Made by a program: the position numbers and the translations under genes
From: Veleropilina oligotropha
Lineage: Eukaryota
Reading direction: 5' to 3'
Assembly: GCA_048128005.1 (NCBI GenBank)
Contig: JBEUKZ010000071.1
Coordinates: 496,001-560,000, forward strand
Length of the DNA stretch: 64,000 nt
In this document: piece after piece, positions 1 through 13,473 of the stretch
How the letters are laid out: each line of letters begins with the position of its first letter
How positions within the stretch are numbered: the first letter of the stretch is position 1
The notes under the pieces: model-generated
The model's input: only the letters and a program-made list of their open reading frames with translations
Told to the model about the DNA's origin: nothing
The model's database searches: none

Positions 1-2
1 GA

Positions 3-167
3 AACGCATATTCTTTTACCAGAGACTCAACTGAAGTTAAATGTTTCTTCTGTGGTGAACATGGACATGTTACTGACGTATGTAGACATGGAAACAAAAT
101 TCAATGTTTTAAATGTGGCCTGTATGGGCATAAATCAAAATGGTGTAAATATGTAGGTCCACTGTAG
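3..167 (+). CDS. C-terminus of LINE ORF1 (gag-like) with two CCHC zinc knuckles; runs off the window start
   Basis: Manual translation of frame 3 gives ...KCFFCGEHGHVTDVCRHGNKIQCFKCGLYGHKSKWCKYVGPL*, i.e. two CX2CX4HX4C motifs directly upstream of ORF2. Confidence 0.8.
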   Translation, partial: NAYSFTRDSTEVKCFFCGEHGHVTDVCRHGNKIQCFKCGLYGHKSKWCKYVGPL

Positions 168-233
168 GAAGCTGGCAACGAGAAAGCCGATAGAAGTGGT
201 ACACATCTAACTGATGAAAGAAATGGTGGCTTA

Positions 234-3200
234 TTGAAAATTAAGACTTCATTGAGTAGTGGTAGTCATGCATCCTGTATAACATATAATGTTTCTTTAC
301 CATTGCATAAAGATAATATTCCTGAGGCCCTTATAACTGAATACATCATGTATTGTTCCTTAGCACTAACAATTATTGTGTGCATTGCCTGTAGATTATT
401 ATATAATGTTGATTATTCATATGATGAATGCGAGCTTGATAACCCTCAATTTAATCCTTTTGAGATGAAAAGAAAAGGTTTAAAATTGATACATTTAAAT
501 ATATGTCATTTACTGCCAAAAATTGATGAATTGAGCTATTTAATTCGTCAATCTACAAATTTACCAGATATCTTTGGTGTTACAGAAACATTTCTGACCG
601 ATAAAACCTTGGATTTTCAAGTGTCCCTGGCTAAGTACAATATCGTTAGAAAGGACAGACTTACAAAGCAGGGTGGAGGGATTTTAATATACATTTCAGA
701 AAAAATCATTTTTAAGAGACGGTCAGATTTTGAGACAGGTGACATCGAAACAGTGTGGTTAGAAGTTTGTCTAAATAAAAGTAAACCATTTTTGCTTTGT
801 TATGCCTATCGGCCACCAAAGTCCAACTTAAATTGGATCGATTGTTTTGAATCACAATTAAATATGGTTTCAAGTGAGGAAATGGAAACAATTATACTAG
901 GCGATTTTAATTTTAATTACCTTGATCAGAGTTCAATACCCCCCAAGTGGAGTCAGTTGATAAATGTTTTTGACATGGCACAATTAGTTACAACACCCAC
1001 CAGAATTACAGAAACGAGCTCCACTCTTATTGATCTTGTTTACACTACACATCCTGAAAATGTTTTCGAAGTTACGGTACCTGAATATGGTATAAGTGAT
1101 CATTTTCCTGTTTGCATTTATAAAGACAATAATTCTGCTTCTCGCAGATCCAAGCGAGAGAGTCACATAGAAATAACCTATAGAAACTACAAACATTTCA
1201 ATGAAGATCTTTTCATCACTGACTTAGCAAATGTTCCCTTTTACAGTGTAGAATATTATGATGACCCAGATTATTGCCTGCATATATGGTATGAACTACT
1301 TTTAAACATAATCAATAAGCATGCTCCTAAAAGAACTAGAAGAGTTCATAACAGATTTCAACCAGAGTGGTTCAATGATGAAATTAAAAAAGCACAACAA
1401 ATGCGTGACATGTATAAAAGAAAGAAAGATTTTTCATCTTATAAACTATGCCGTAATAAAAGCAAGAAATTAATTAATACAGCAAAAGCTAATTACGTTA
1501 AAAAAGCTGTTTCAGAAAAAAGGAATGCAAAGGACATATGGACTGCTATGAAAAATGTAACTAAGGTAAAAAATTTGAATTCTCCTTTGCCAACATCTAT
1601 ACAAAATAATGATAAAATAACAACGGACCCTCAAGATATAGCAAACATTATGAGCAAACACTTTAAGGAACTAATAGAAACATTAAAATGCAAATATAAG
1701 ACTAATGCCAGCGATAATTACCAAAACCTCCATTCATTTATTAAAGAAAGACTGCCAGAGGAAACAGTCCTACAAATTGAATTGATTACATGTACACAAG
1801 TGGAAGCATACCTTAGGCATTTAGATGTTTCCAAATCAACTGGACTAGATGGGATTGGCCCCAAACTTTTAAAAATAGCTTCTACGGTATTAGCGCCCTC
1901 ATTAACTTATATACTCAATTTATCTATTACAAAAGGCATATTTCCAAAAGTATTTAAACAAGCAAAAATATTACCTTTTTACAAAAAAGGACTAAAATCA
2001 AATATTGAGAATTATCGCCCAATTTCTGTTTTACCCACCATTTCTAAAATCTTAGAAAAACATCTTGCAAAACAAATTATGTCCTTTTTTCATACTTACA
2101 AACTATTACATGAAGCTCAATCAGGATTTAGGCAAAATCATTCCTGCCAAACAGCTTTGATAAAGATGACTGATGAATGGTTATCTCAAATGGATGAAGG
2201 TAATATAACAGGAGCAATTTTAGTTGACTTTAAAAAAGCCTTTGACTTGGTAAATCACAAATTACTGTTAGAAAAGCTTCAGATGTACCAGATTGGTCCT
2301 AAGTGTATGTCACTTTTAGAATCATATCTCAATGATCGTGAGCAGAAAGTATGCATTGGAAATGCCCAATCACCGACACAAAAGATGGAATACGGGGTCC
2401 CACAGGGATCAGTTTTAGGACCTATTTTATTTATTATATTCATTAATGATCTGCCTCTTCATATAAGCTCAAATACTGACATGTATGCAGATGATACCAC
2501 ATTGCATAAATCAGGTAAAAATTTGAGTGATATTGAAGGTACACTCAATAAAGATATGGAAAGTTTAAACAATTGGTGTAGTAAAAATGAGATGATTGTA
2601 AATAACCAAAAAACAAAATCGTTAATTGTTGGCAGTAGACAAAAGCTGTCTCGCAACAAGGAAACATTGGACCTTAAATCAAATGATGAACTCATACAAT
2701 ATGTGCAGTCGACAAAACTTCTTGGTGTTAACATAGATAGTACTTTAAATTGGAAAGAACATATACATTACATAGGGGCATTAATTTCTTCAAGAACTAC
2801 TTTACTGCAAAGAACAAAGAAATACCTACCACTTGAACTTCGAAAGTTGTTTTATAATAGTTATATACAACCGTTATCTGATTATTGCTGCATTGTTTGG
2901 GGTAATTGCACAAACTCTTCTATTTCAACTATTGTAAAACTACAAAAAAGAGCGGCTAGGATTATTCTAGATGCCCCTTTTTATTCATCAAGTAAGGCAC
3001 TATTTAAAAAACTTGACTGGCTATCATTTGAAAACAGAATTCAAATGCATAAGGCCACCTTAATGTATAAAGCTATGCAAAAAACAACTCCAGAATATAT
3101 CAGTAATAAATTTCACATTACCCATTATAACTCCGAAAAGAGTCTACGATCTGTTTCTGCAAAAATTCTTTCATTGCCAAAGCCTAAAACTGATTCATTA

Positions 3201-3314
3201 AAGAGAACTTTCATATATTCTGGTGCAACACTTTGGAATAACCTGCCTCAAAATATAAAGGCTGCAGATTCTGAATATAAATTTAAAAAGCTTTTGAGAT
3301 GTCACTTATCTTGA
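234..3314 (+). CDS. LINE ORF2 (APE endonuclease + reverse transcriptase), CR1/L2 group, uninterrupted; true start probably a downstream ATG
   Basis: APE motifs (HLNI, VTETFL, ILGDFN, IDLVY, SDHFPV) and RT motifs (NYRPISVL, DFKKAFD, GVPQGSVLGP, YADD). Confidence 0.95.
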   Translation: MKIKTSLSSGSHASCITYNVSLPLHKDNIPEALITEYIMYCSLALTIIVCIACRLLYNVDYSYDECELDNPQFNPFEMKRKGLKLIHLNICHLLPKIDELSYLIRQSTNLPDIFGVTETFLTDKTLDFQVSLAKYNIVRKDRLTKQGGGILIYISEKIIFKRRSDFETGDIETVWLEVCLNKSKPFLLCYAYRPPKSNLNWIDCFESQLNMVSSEEMETIILGDFNFNYLDQSSIPPKWSQLINVFDMAQLVTTPTRITETSSTLIDLVYTTHPENVFEVTVPEYGISDHFPVCIYKDNNSASRRSKRESHIEITYRNYKHFNEDLFITDLANVPFYSVEYYDDPDYCLHIWYELLLNIINKHAPKRTRRVHNRFQPEWFNDEIKKAQQMRDMYKRKKDFSSYKLCRNKSKKLINTAKANYVKKAVSEKRNAKDIWTAMKNVTKVKNLNSPLPTSIQNNDKITTDPQDIANIMSKHFKELIETLKCKYKTNASDNYQNLHSFIKERLPEETVLQIELITCTQVEAYLRHLDVSKSTGLDGIGPKLLKIASTVLAPSLTYILNLSITKGIFPKVFKQAKILPFYKKGLKSNIENYRPISVLPTISKILEKHLAKQIMSFFHTYKLLHEAQSGFRQNHSCQTALIKMTDEWLSQMDEGNITGAILVDFKKAFDLVNHKLLLEKLQMYQIGPKCMSLLESYLNDREQKVCIGNAQSPTQKMEYGVPQGSVLGPILFIIFINDLPLHISSNTDMYADDTTLHKSGKNLSDIEGTLNKDMESLNNWCSKNEMIVNNQKTKSLIVGSRQKLSRNKETLDLKSNDELIQYVQSTKLLGVNIDSTLNWKEHIHYIGALISSRTTLLQRTKKYLPLELRKLFYNSYIQPLSDYCCIVWGNCTNSSISTIVKLQKRAARIILDAPFYSSSKALFKKLDWLSFENRIQMHKATLMYKAMQKTTPEYISNKFHITHYNSEKSLRSVSAKILSLPKPKTDSLKRTFIYSGATLWNNLPQNIKAADSEYKFKKLLRCHLS

Positions 3315-3536
3315 AACATCTGTGTAAATAATTTACAGTATTCCAAAATGATTTTTTGTAATTATATTTGTCTGTATACTTTATTGATAGCCATTATGAA
3401 TGAAAATGTTTGTAATCAATATGTACTCTGAAGTTTGTTTATGTCTTTATATGAGAGGGACTCAGGGAAGATTAGCATTAATTTGTTAACTGTACTCCCT
3501 CTATAAATAAAGTTTTATTATTATTATTATTATTAT

Positions 3537-6500
3537 ACTAGGGTTGAATATTCATAGTGTATGCTCATACTAGTGTTGAATATTCATAGTGTATGCCCAT
3601 ACTAGGGTTGAATATTCATAGTGTATGCCCATACTAGGGTTGAATATTCATAGTGTATGCCCATACTAGGGTTGAATATTCATAGTGTATGCCCATACTA
3701 GGGTTGAATATTCATAGTGTATGCCCATACTAGGGTTGAATATTCATAGTGTATGCCCATATAAGGGTTGAATATTCATAGTGTATGCCCATACTAGGGT
3801 TGAATATTCATAGTGTATGCCCATACTAGCGTTGAATATTCATAGTGTATGCCCATACTAGGGTTGAATATTTATAGTGTATGCCCATACTAGGGTTGAA
3901 TATTCATAGTGTATGCCCATACTAGGGTTGAATATTTATAGTGTATGCCCATACTAGGGTTGAATATTTATAGTGTATGCCCATACTAGGGTTGAATATT
4001 TATAATGTATGCTCATATTATGGTTGAAATTCATAGTGTATGCCCATACTAAGGTTGAATATTCATAGTGTATGCCCATACTAGGGTTGAATATTCATAG
4101 TGTATGCCCATACTAGGGTTGAATATTCATAGTGTATGCCCATACTAGGGTTGAATATTCATAGTGTATGCCCATACTAGGGTTGAATATTCATAGTGTA
4201 TGCCCATACTAGGGTTGAATATTCATAGTGTATGCCCATACTAGGGTTGAATATTTATAGTGTATGCCCATAATAGGGTTGAATACTCATAGTGTATGCC
4301 CATACTAGGATTGAATATTTATAATGTATGCTCATATTATGGTTGAAATTTATAGTGTATGCCCATACTAAGGTTGAATATTCATAGTGTATGCCCATAC
4401 TAGCGTTGAATATTCATAGTGTATGCCCATATTATGGTTGAATATTCATAGTGTATGCCCATATTATGGTTGAATATTCATAGTGTATGCCCATACTAGG
4501 GTTGAATATTCATAGTGTATGCCCATACTAGGGTTGAATATTTATAATGTATGCTCATATTATGGTTGAAATTCATAGTGTATGCCCATACTAGGGTTGA
4601 ATATTCATAGTGTATGCCCATACTAGGGTTGAATATTCATAGTGTATGCCCATATTATGGTTGAAATTCATAGTGTATGCCCATACTAGGGTTGAATATT
4701 CATAGTGTATGCCCATACTAGGGTTGAATATTCATAGTGTATGCCCATATTATGGTTGAAATTCATAGTGTATGCCCATACTAGGGTTGAATATTTATAG
4801 TGTATGCCCATACTAGGGTTGAATACTCATAGTGTATGCCCATACTAGGGTTGAATATTTATAATGTATGCTCATATTATGGTTGAAATTCATAGTGTAT
4901 GCTCATACTAGGGTTGAATATTCATAGTGTATGCTCATACTAGTGTTGAATATTCATAGTGTATGCCCATACTAGGGTTGAATATTCAGTGTATGCCCAT
5001 ACTAGGGTTGAATATTCATAGTGTATGCCCATACTAGGGTTGAATATTCATAGTGTATGCCCATACTAGGGTTGAATATTCATAGTGTATGCCCATACTA
5101 GGGTTGAATATTCATAGTGTATGCCCATACTAGGGTGAATATTCATAGTGTATGCCCATACTAGGGTTGAATATTCATAGTGTATGCCCATACTAGGGTT
5201 GAATATTCATAGTGTATGCCCATACTAGGGTTGAATATTCATAGTGTATGCCCATACTAGCGTTGAATATTCATAGTGTATGCCCATACTAGGGTTGAAT
5301 ATTCATAGTGTATGCCCATACTAGGGTTGAATATTCATAGTGTATGCCCATACTAGGGTTGAATATTCATAGTGTATGCCCATACTAGTGTTGAATATTC
5401 ATAGTGTATGCCCATACTAGGGTTGAATATTTATAGTGTATGCCCATACTAGGGTTGAATATTCATAGTGTATGCCCATACTAGGGTTGAATATTTATAG
5501 TGTATGCCCATACTAGGGTTGAATATTTATAGTGTATGCCCATACTAGGGTTGAATATTTATAATGTATGCTCATATTATGGTTGAAATTCATAGTGTAT
5601 GCCCATACTAAGGTTGAATATTCATAGTGTATGCCCATACTAGCGTTGAATATTCATAGTGTATGCCCATATTATGGTTGAATATTCATAGTGTATGCCC
5701 ATATTATGGTTGAATATTCAGAGTGTATGCCCATACTAGGGTTGAATATTCAAAGTGTATGCCCATACTAGGGTTAAATATTCAAAGTGTATGCCCATAC
5801 TAGGGTTGAATATTTATAGTGTTTGCTCATATTATGGTTGAAATTCATAGTGTATGCCCATACTAGGGTTGAATATTCATAGTGTATGCTCATACTAGTG
5901 TTGAATATTCATAGTGTATGCCCATACTAGGGTTGAATATTCATAGTGTATGCCCATACTAGGGTTGAATATTTATAGTGTTTGCTCATATTATGGTTGA
6001 AATCCATAGTGTATGCCCATACTAGGGTTGAATATTCATAGTGTATGCTCATACTAGTGTTGAATATTCATAGTGTATGCCCATACTAGGGTTGAATATT
6101 CATAGTGTATGCCCATACTAGGGTTGAATATTCATAGTGTATGCCCATACTAGGGATGAATATTCATAGTGTATGCCCATACTAGGGTTGAATATTCAGT
6201 GTATGCCCATACTAAGGTTGAATATTCATAGTGTATGCCCATACTAGGGTTGAATATTCATAGTGTATGCCCATACTAGGGTTGAATATTCATAGGGTAT
6301 GCCCATACTAGGGTTGAATATTTATAGTGTATGCTCATATTATGGTTGAAATTCATAGTGTATGCTCATACTAGTGTTTAATATTCATAGTGTATGCTCA
6401 TACTAGTGTTGAATATTCATAGTGTATGCCCATACTAGGGTTGAATATTCAGTGTATGCCCATACTAGGGTTGAATATTCATAGTGTATGCCCATACTAG

Positions 6501-8204
6501 GGTTGAATATTCATAGTGTATGCCCATACTAGGGTTGAATATTTATAGTGTATGCTCATATTATGGTTGAAATTCATAGTGTATGCCCATACTAGGGTTG
6601 AATATTCATAGTGTATGCTCATACTAGTGTTGAATATTCATAGTGTATGACCATACTAGGGTTGAATATTCATAGTGTATGCCCATACTAGGTGAATATT
6701 CATAGTGTATGCCCATACTAGGGTTGAATATGCATAGTGCATGCCCATACTAGGGTTGAATATTCATAGTGTATGCCCATACTAGGGTTGAATATTCATA
6801 GTGTATGCCCATACTAGGGTTGAATATTCATAGTGTATGCCCATACTAGGGTTGAATATTTATAGTGTATGCCCATACTAGGGTTGAATATTCATAGTGT
6901 ATGCCCATACTAGGGTTGAATATTTATAGTGTATTCCCATACTAGGGTTGAATATTTATAGTGTATGCCCATACTAGGGTTGAATATTTATAATGTATGC
7001 TCATATTATGGTTGAAATTCATAGTGTATGCCCATACTAAGGTTGAATATTCATAGTGTATGCCCATACTAGGGTTGAATATTCATAGTGTATGCCCATA
7101 TTATGGTTGAATATTCATAGTGTATGCCCATATTATGGTTGAATATTCATAGTGTATGCCCATACTAGGGTTGAATATTCAAAGTGTATGCCCATACTAG
7201 GGTTGAATATTCATAGTGTATGCCCATACTAGGGTTAAATATTCAAAGTGTATGCACATACTAGGGTTGAATATTCATAGTGTATGCCCATACTAGGGTT
7301 AAATATTCAAAGTGTATGCCCATACTAGGGTTGAATATTCATAGTGTATGCCCATACTATGGTTGAATATTCATAGTGTATGCCCATACTAGGGTTGAAT
7401 ATTCATAGTGTATGCCCATACTAGGGTTGAATATTTATAGTGTATGCTCATATTATGGTTGAAATTCATAGTGTATGCCCATACTAGGGTTGAATATTCA
7501 TAGTGTATGCCCATACTAGTGTTGAATATTCATAGTGTATGCCCATACTAGGGTTGAATATTCATAGTGTATGCCCATACTAGGGTTGAATATTCATAGT
7601 GTATGCCCATACTAGTGTTGAATATTCATAGTGTATGCCCATACTAGGGTTGAATATTCATAGTGTATGCCCATACTAGTGTTGAATATTCATAGTGTAT
7701 GCCCATACTAGGGTTGAATATTCATAGTGTATGCCCATACTAGTGTTGAATATTCATAGTGTATGCCCATACTAGGGTTGAATATTCATAGTGTATGCCC
7801 ATACTAGGGTTGAATATTCATAGTGTATGCTCATACTAGGGTTGAATATTCATAGCGTATGCCCATACTAGGGTTGAATATTCATAGTGTATGCCCATAC
7901 TAGGGTTGAATATTCATAGTGTATGCTCATACTAGGGTTGAATATTCATAGTGTATGCCCATACTAGGGTTGAATATTTATAGTGTATGCTCATATTATG
8001 GTTGAAATTCATAGTGTATGCCCATACTAAGGTTGAATATTCATAGTGTATGCTCATACTAGGGTTGAATATTTATAGTGTATGCCCATATTAGGGTTGC
8101 ATATTCATAGTGTATGCCCATACTAAGGTTGAATATTTATAGTGTATGCTCATATTATGGTTGAAATTCATAGTGTATGCCCATACTAGGGTTGAATATT
8201 CATA
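3537..8204 (+). repeat. 32-bp satellite, forward arm (ACTAGGGTTGAATATTCATAGTGTATGCCCAT)n
   Basis: Directly visible tandem array with period 32 and minor variants. Confidence 0.97.
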
Positions 8205-11200
8205 AGCATACACTATGAATATTCAACCATAATATGAGCATACACTATGAATATTCAACCATAATATGAGCATACACTATGAATATTCAACCCTAGTTTG
8301 GGCATACACTATGAATATTCAACCCTAGTTTGGGCATACACTATGAATATTCAACCCTAGTTTGGGCATACACTATGAATATTCAACCCTAGTTTGGGCA
8401 TACACTATGAATATTCAACCCTAGTATGCGCATACACTATGAATATTCAATCCTAGTATGGGCATACACTATGAATATTGAACCATAATATGGGCATACA
8501 CTATGAATATTCAACACTAGTGTGGGCATACACTATGAATATTCAACCCTAGTATGAGCATACACTATGAATATTCAACCCTAGTATGGGCATACACTAT
8601 GAATATTCAACCCTAGTATGGGCATACACTATGAATATTCATCCCTAGTATGGGCATACACTATGAATATTCATCCCTAGTATGGGCATACACTATGAAT
8701 ATTCAACCCTAGTATGGGCATACACTATGAATATGCAACCCTAGTATGGGCATACACTGAATATTCAACCCTAGTATGAGCATACACTGAATATTCAACC
8801 CTAGTATGGGCATACACTATGAATATTCAACACTAGTGTGGGCATACACTATGAATATTCAACCCTAGTATGGGCATACACTATGAATATTCAACCCTTA
8901 TATGGGCATACACTATGAATATTCATCCCTAGTATGGGCATACACTATGAATATTCAACCCTAGTATGGGCATACACTATGAATATGCAACCCTAGTATG
9001 AGCATACACTATGAATATTCAACCCTAGTATGGGCATACACTATGAATATTCAACCCTTATATGGGCATACACTATGAATATTCAACCCTAGTATGGGCA
9101 TACACTATGAATATTCAACCCTAGTATGGGCATACACTATGAATATGCAACCCTAGTATGGGCATACACTGAATATTCAACCCTAGTATGGGCATACACT
9201 ATGAATATTCAACCCTAGTATGGGCATACACTATGAATATTCAACCCTAGTATGGGCATACACTATGAATATTCAACCCTAGTATGGGCATACACTATGA
9301 ATATTCAACCCTAGTATGGGCATACACTATGAATATTCAACCCTAGTATGGGCATACACTATGAATATTCAACCCTAGTATGGGCATACACTATGAATAT
9401 TCATCCCTAGTATGGGCATACACTATGAATATTCATCCCTAGTATGAGCATACACTATGAATATGCAACCCTAGTATGGGCATACACTATGAATATGCAA
9501 CCCTAGTATGGGCATACACTATGAATATTCATCCCTAGTATGAGCATACACTATGAATATGCAACCCTAGTATGGGCATACACTATGAATATTCAACCCT
9601 AGTATGGGCACACACTATGAATATTCAACCCTAGTATGGGCATACACTATGAATATTCAACCCTAGTATGGGCATACACTATGAATATTCAACCCTTATA
9701 TGGGCATACACTATGAATATTCAACCCTTATATGGGCATTCACTATGAATATTCAACCCTAGTATGGGCATACACTATGAAGACTCAACCCTAATATGGG
9801 CATACACTATGAATATTCAACCCTAGTATGGGCATACACTATGAATATTCAACCCTTATATGGGCATACACTATGAATATTCAACCCTAGTATGGGCATA
9901 CACTATGAATATTCAACCCTAGTATGAGCATACACTATGAATATTCAAGATTAGTATGGGCATACACTATGAATATTCAACCCTTATATGGGCATACACT
10001 ATGAATATTCAACCCTAGTATGGGCATACACTATGAATATGCAACCCTAGTATGGGCATACACTGAATATTCAACCCTAGTATGGGCATACACTATGAAT
10101 ATTCAGCCCTAGTATGGGCATACACTATGAATATTCAACCCTAGTATGGGCATACACTATGAATATTCAGCCCTAGTATGGGCATACACTATGAATATGC
10201 AACCCTAGTATGGGCATACACTATGAATATGCAACCCTAGTATGGGCATACACTATGAATATTCAACACTAGTGTGGGCATACACTATGAATATTCAACC
10301 CTTATATGGGCATACACTATGAATATTCAACCCTAGTATGGGCATACACTATGAATATTCAACCCTTATATGGGCATACACTATGAATATTCAACCCTAG
10401 TATGGGCATACACTATGAATATTCAACCCTAGTATGGGCATACACTATGAATATTCAACCCTAGTATGGGCATACACTATGAATATTCAACCCAAGTATG
10501 TGCATACACTATGAATATTCAACCCTAGTATGTGCATACACTTTGAATATTCAACACTAGTATGGGCATACACTATGAATATTCAACCCTAGTATGGGCA
10601 TACACTATGAATATTCAACCCTAGTATGAGCATACACTATGAATATTCAACCCTTATATGGGCATACACTATGAATATTCAACCCTAGTATGGGCATACA
10701 CTATGAATATTCAACACTAGTATGGGCATACACTATGAATATTCAACCCTAGTATGGGCATACACTATGAATATTCAACCCTTATATGGGCATACACTAT
10801 GAATATTCAACCCTAGTATGGGCATACACTATGAATATTCAAGACTAGTATGGGCATACACTATGAATATTCAACCCTTGTATGGGCATACACTATGAAT
10901 ATTCAACCCTTATATGGGCATACACTATGAATATTCAACCCTAGTATGGGCATACACTATGAATATTCAACCCTAGTATGGGCATACACTATGAACATTC
11001 AACTCGAGTATGGGCATTCACTTTGAATATTCAACCCTAGTATGGGCATACACTATGAATATTCAACCCTAGTATGGGCATACACTATGAATATTCAACC
11101 CTAGTATGGGCATACACTATGAATATTCAACCCTAGTATGGGCATACACTATGAATATTCAACCCTAGTATGGGCATACACTATGAATATTCAACCCTTA

Positions 11201-11968
11201 TATGGGCATACACTATGAATATTCAACCCTAGTATGGGCATACACTATGAATATTCAACCCTAGTATGGGCATACACTATGAATATTCAACCCTTATATG
11301 GGCATACACTATGAATATTCAACCCTTATATGGGCATTCACTATAAATATTCAACCCTAGTATGGGCATACACTATGAGTATTCAGCCCCAGTATGGGCA
11401 TACACACTGAATATTCAACCCTAGTATGGGCATACACTATGAATATTCAACCCTAGTATGGGCATACACTGAATATTCAACCCTAGTATGGGCATACACT
11501 GAATATTCAACCCTTATATGGGCATACACTATGAATATTCAACCCTAGTATGGGCATACACTGAATATTCAACCCTAGTATGGGCATACACTATGAATAT
11601 TCAACCCTAGTATGGGCATACACTATGAATATTCAACCCTAGTATGGGCATACACTATGAATATTCAACCCTTATATGGGCATACACTATGAATATTCAA
11701 CCCTTATATGGGCATTCACTATGAATATTCAACCCTAGTATGGGCATACACTATGAAGACTCAACCCTAGTATGGGCATACACTATTAATATTCGACCCT
11801 AGTATGGGCATACACAATGAATATTCAACCCTAATATGGGCATACACTGAATATTCAACCCTAGTATGGGCATACACTATGAATATTCAACCCTAATATG
11901 GGCATACACTAGGAATATTCAACCCTAATATGGGCATACGCTATGAATTTCAACCCTAATATGAGCAT
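8205..11968 (-). repeat. Same 32-bp satellite, inverted arm
   Basis: From about 8205 the units read ATGGGCATACACTATGAATATTCAACCCTAGT, the reverse complement of the forward unit. Confidence 0.97.
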
Positions 11969-12215
11969 GGTAATGATTGTCAATACCACTCGCACAGTGA
12001 GTATATTTTATGAAGATGGCGGCTAGTGGATATGGTGCTAGTTTACAAACAGATGGTATTGGGATCAAATCTCGAGAGTACCAGGGATTTTTACAATGAC
12101 ACGATCTTCCTCTATTACACAAATTGCCAATTCCATCTTTAAGAGTTTATTGACTTTTATTACTGAATTGATATTGTTTATTTTATTTAATGCTGGTGTA
12201 TATTATATCTTTCAG

Positions 12216-12302
12216 TGGATGACACCACTGATAAACAACACCATGAAACCACTCCAGGATATGGACATATCCAAGGTCGTTGAGCGTCTGCTGAAACTAG
12301 CG
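12216..12302 (+). CDS. DGAT1: Diacylglycerol O-acyltransferase 1, internal exon (WMTPLINNTMKPLQDMDISKVVERLLKLA)
   Basis: AG/GT-bounded 87-bp exon resembling vertebrate DGAT1 [29 protein letters not shown]. Confidence 0.92.
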
Positions 12303-12627
12303 GTACGATTTATATCTGATTTGCATGTTCAGATGTCAGGATTCCTTTTCAGTTTGCTGTCATTATTGTATTTATTGGGCCGTCTGATTGCAGTTACATT
12401 TTAATGCGAATTCTATACTTATGCTGGATTGATGACTACTGTTAACTTGTTAAGGCATATTTTTATGAGTCATGTGTATTGACAACAGATATATTGCGGT
12501 CTTATTGCAATATAAGTTTGGGTATTCACATCTTCTTATTTTGTGTTGCAATGCGTATTCTTCCACATTTAGATATCGTAACAATCAAATGAATAAGGAA
12601 ATGAAAACACAGCATTGCATGCCATAA

Positions 12628-12965
12628 TATTCTTGCCCATCTCTTTTTCTCCTCCTTGCAGATTCCAAACCACTTCATCTGGCTCATATTCTTGCCTATC
12701 TCTTTTTCTCCTTGCAGATTCCAAACCACTTCATCTGGCTCATATTCTTGCCCATGTCTTTTCTCCTCCAGATTCCAAACCACTTCATCTGGCTCATATT
12801 CTTGCCCATGTCTTTTCTCCTCCAGATTCCAAACCACTTCATCTGGCTCATATTCTTGCCCATGTCTTTTCTCCTCCAGATTCCAAACCACTTCATCTGG
12901 CTCATATTCTTGCCCATGTCTTTTCTCCTCCAGATTCCAAACCACTTCATCTGGCTCATATTCTT
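12628..12965 (+). repeat. 54-56-bp tandem duplication (6 copies) of the DGAT1 acceptor site plus exon start
   Basis: Unit = pyrimidine tract + CAG + ATTCCAAACCACTTCATCTGGCTCATATTCTT. Candidate exon starts at 12662, 12718, 12772, 12826, 12880 and 12934. Confidence 0.95.
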
Positions 12966-13046
12966 CTACTGGTTCTTCCATTCGTGCCTGAATGTTTGCG
13001 CTGAGATTTTACGGTTTGCAGACAGAGAGTTCTATCGGGATTGGTG
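12934..13046 (+). CDS. DGAT1: DGAT1 exon ([38 protein letters not shown])
   Basis: MBOAT FYxDWW motif; 113 bp from the last acceptor to the GT at 13047; phase matches the next exon. Confidence 0.92.
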
Positions 13047-13278
13047 GTAATAAGGGTTTGATTATTTTACACTGTTGTATTAACAAAGTCAATATTAAAA
13101 ATACAAAAATCGTTAATAGACAGAATATTGTCACACATTATGTATGTTTAAAGATAAATAAATAATATGAAATCTAAATTGCATATTAAGAGAGAAAGAT
13201 TCTGAAAATAGGAGAAAAGTCGATTTGGTTGAATATTTTCCATTTTCTTTTCTGATGAAGTTAAAAGCTATCGCGTGT

Positions 13279-13473
13279 AGCAGCAGGGGGGGTGAATAGA
13301 CTTTTTAGAATGGAAAAATAAGGCTCCCAGCACTATTTCAGAACTGAGGTGGTGTAGTACGAGCCCCTAAGGCAGTTTAGACTAGGGGCCCACGGCCGCC
13401 GGGGAGGCTCCCAGCCCTATTTCAGAACCCAGGGTAGGGCTTGTATTACAAAAAGTCACCGTGTGTACAGAGC
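13279..13473 (+). repeat. Left terminal inverted repeat (~195 bp)
   Basis: Reverse complement of 28433-28626 with about five differences by eye; starts AGCAGCAGGGGGGG. Confidence 0.95.

Larger units (their letters stand above)
1..3536 (+). mobile_element. CR1/L2-group non-LTR retrotransposon, probably near full length
   Basis: ORF1 end, ORF2, 3' UTR with GAGGGA...TCCCTC stem, AATAAA and (TTA)n tail ending at about 3536. Confidence 0.9.

Noticed and set aside
3537..11968. CRISPR-like or telomeric array
   Set aside because: There are no unique spacers or cas genes, and the context is eukaryotic. TAGGGTT is only part of a 32-bp unit, not a (TTAGGG)n tract.
12526..13004. Repeat-protein ORFs in several frames
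   Set aside because: By-products of the 54-bp acceptor duplication; only the DGAT1 frame is meaningful.
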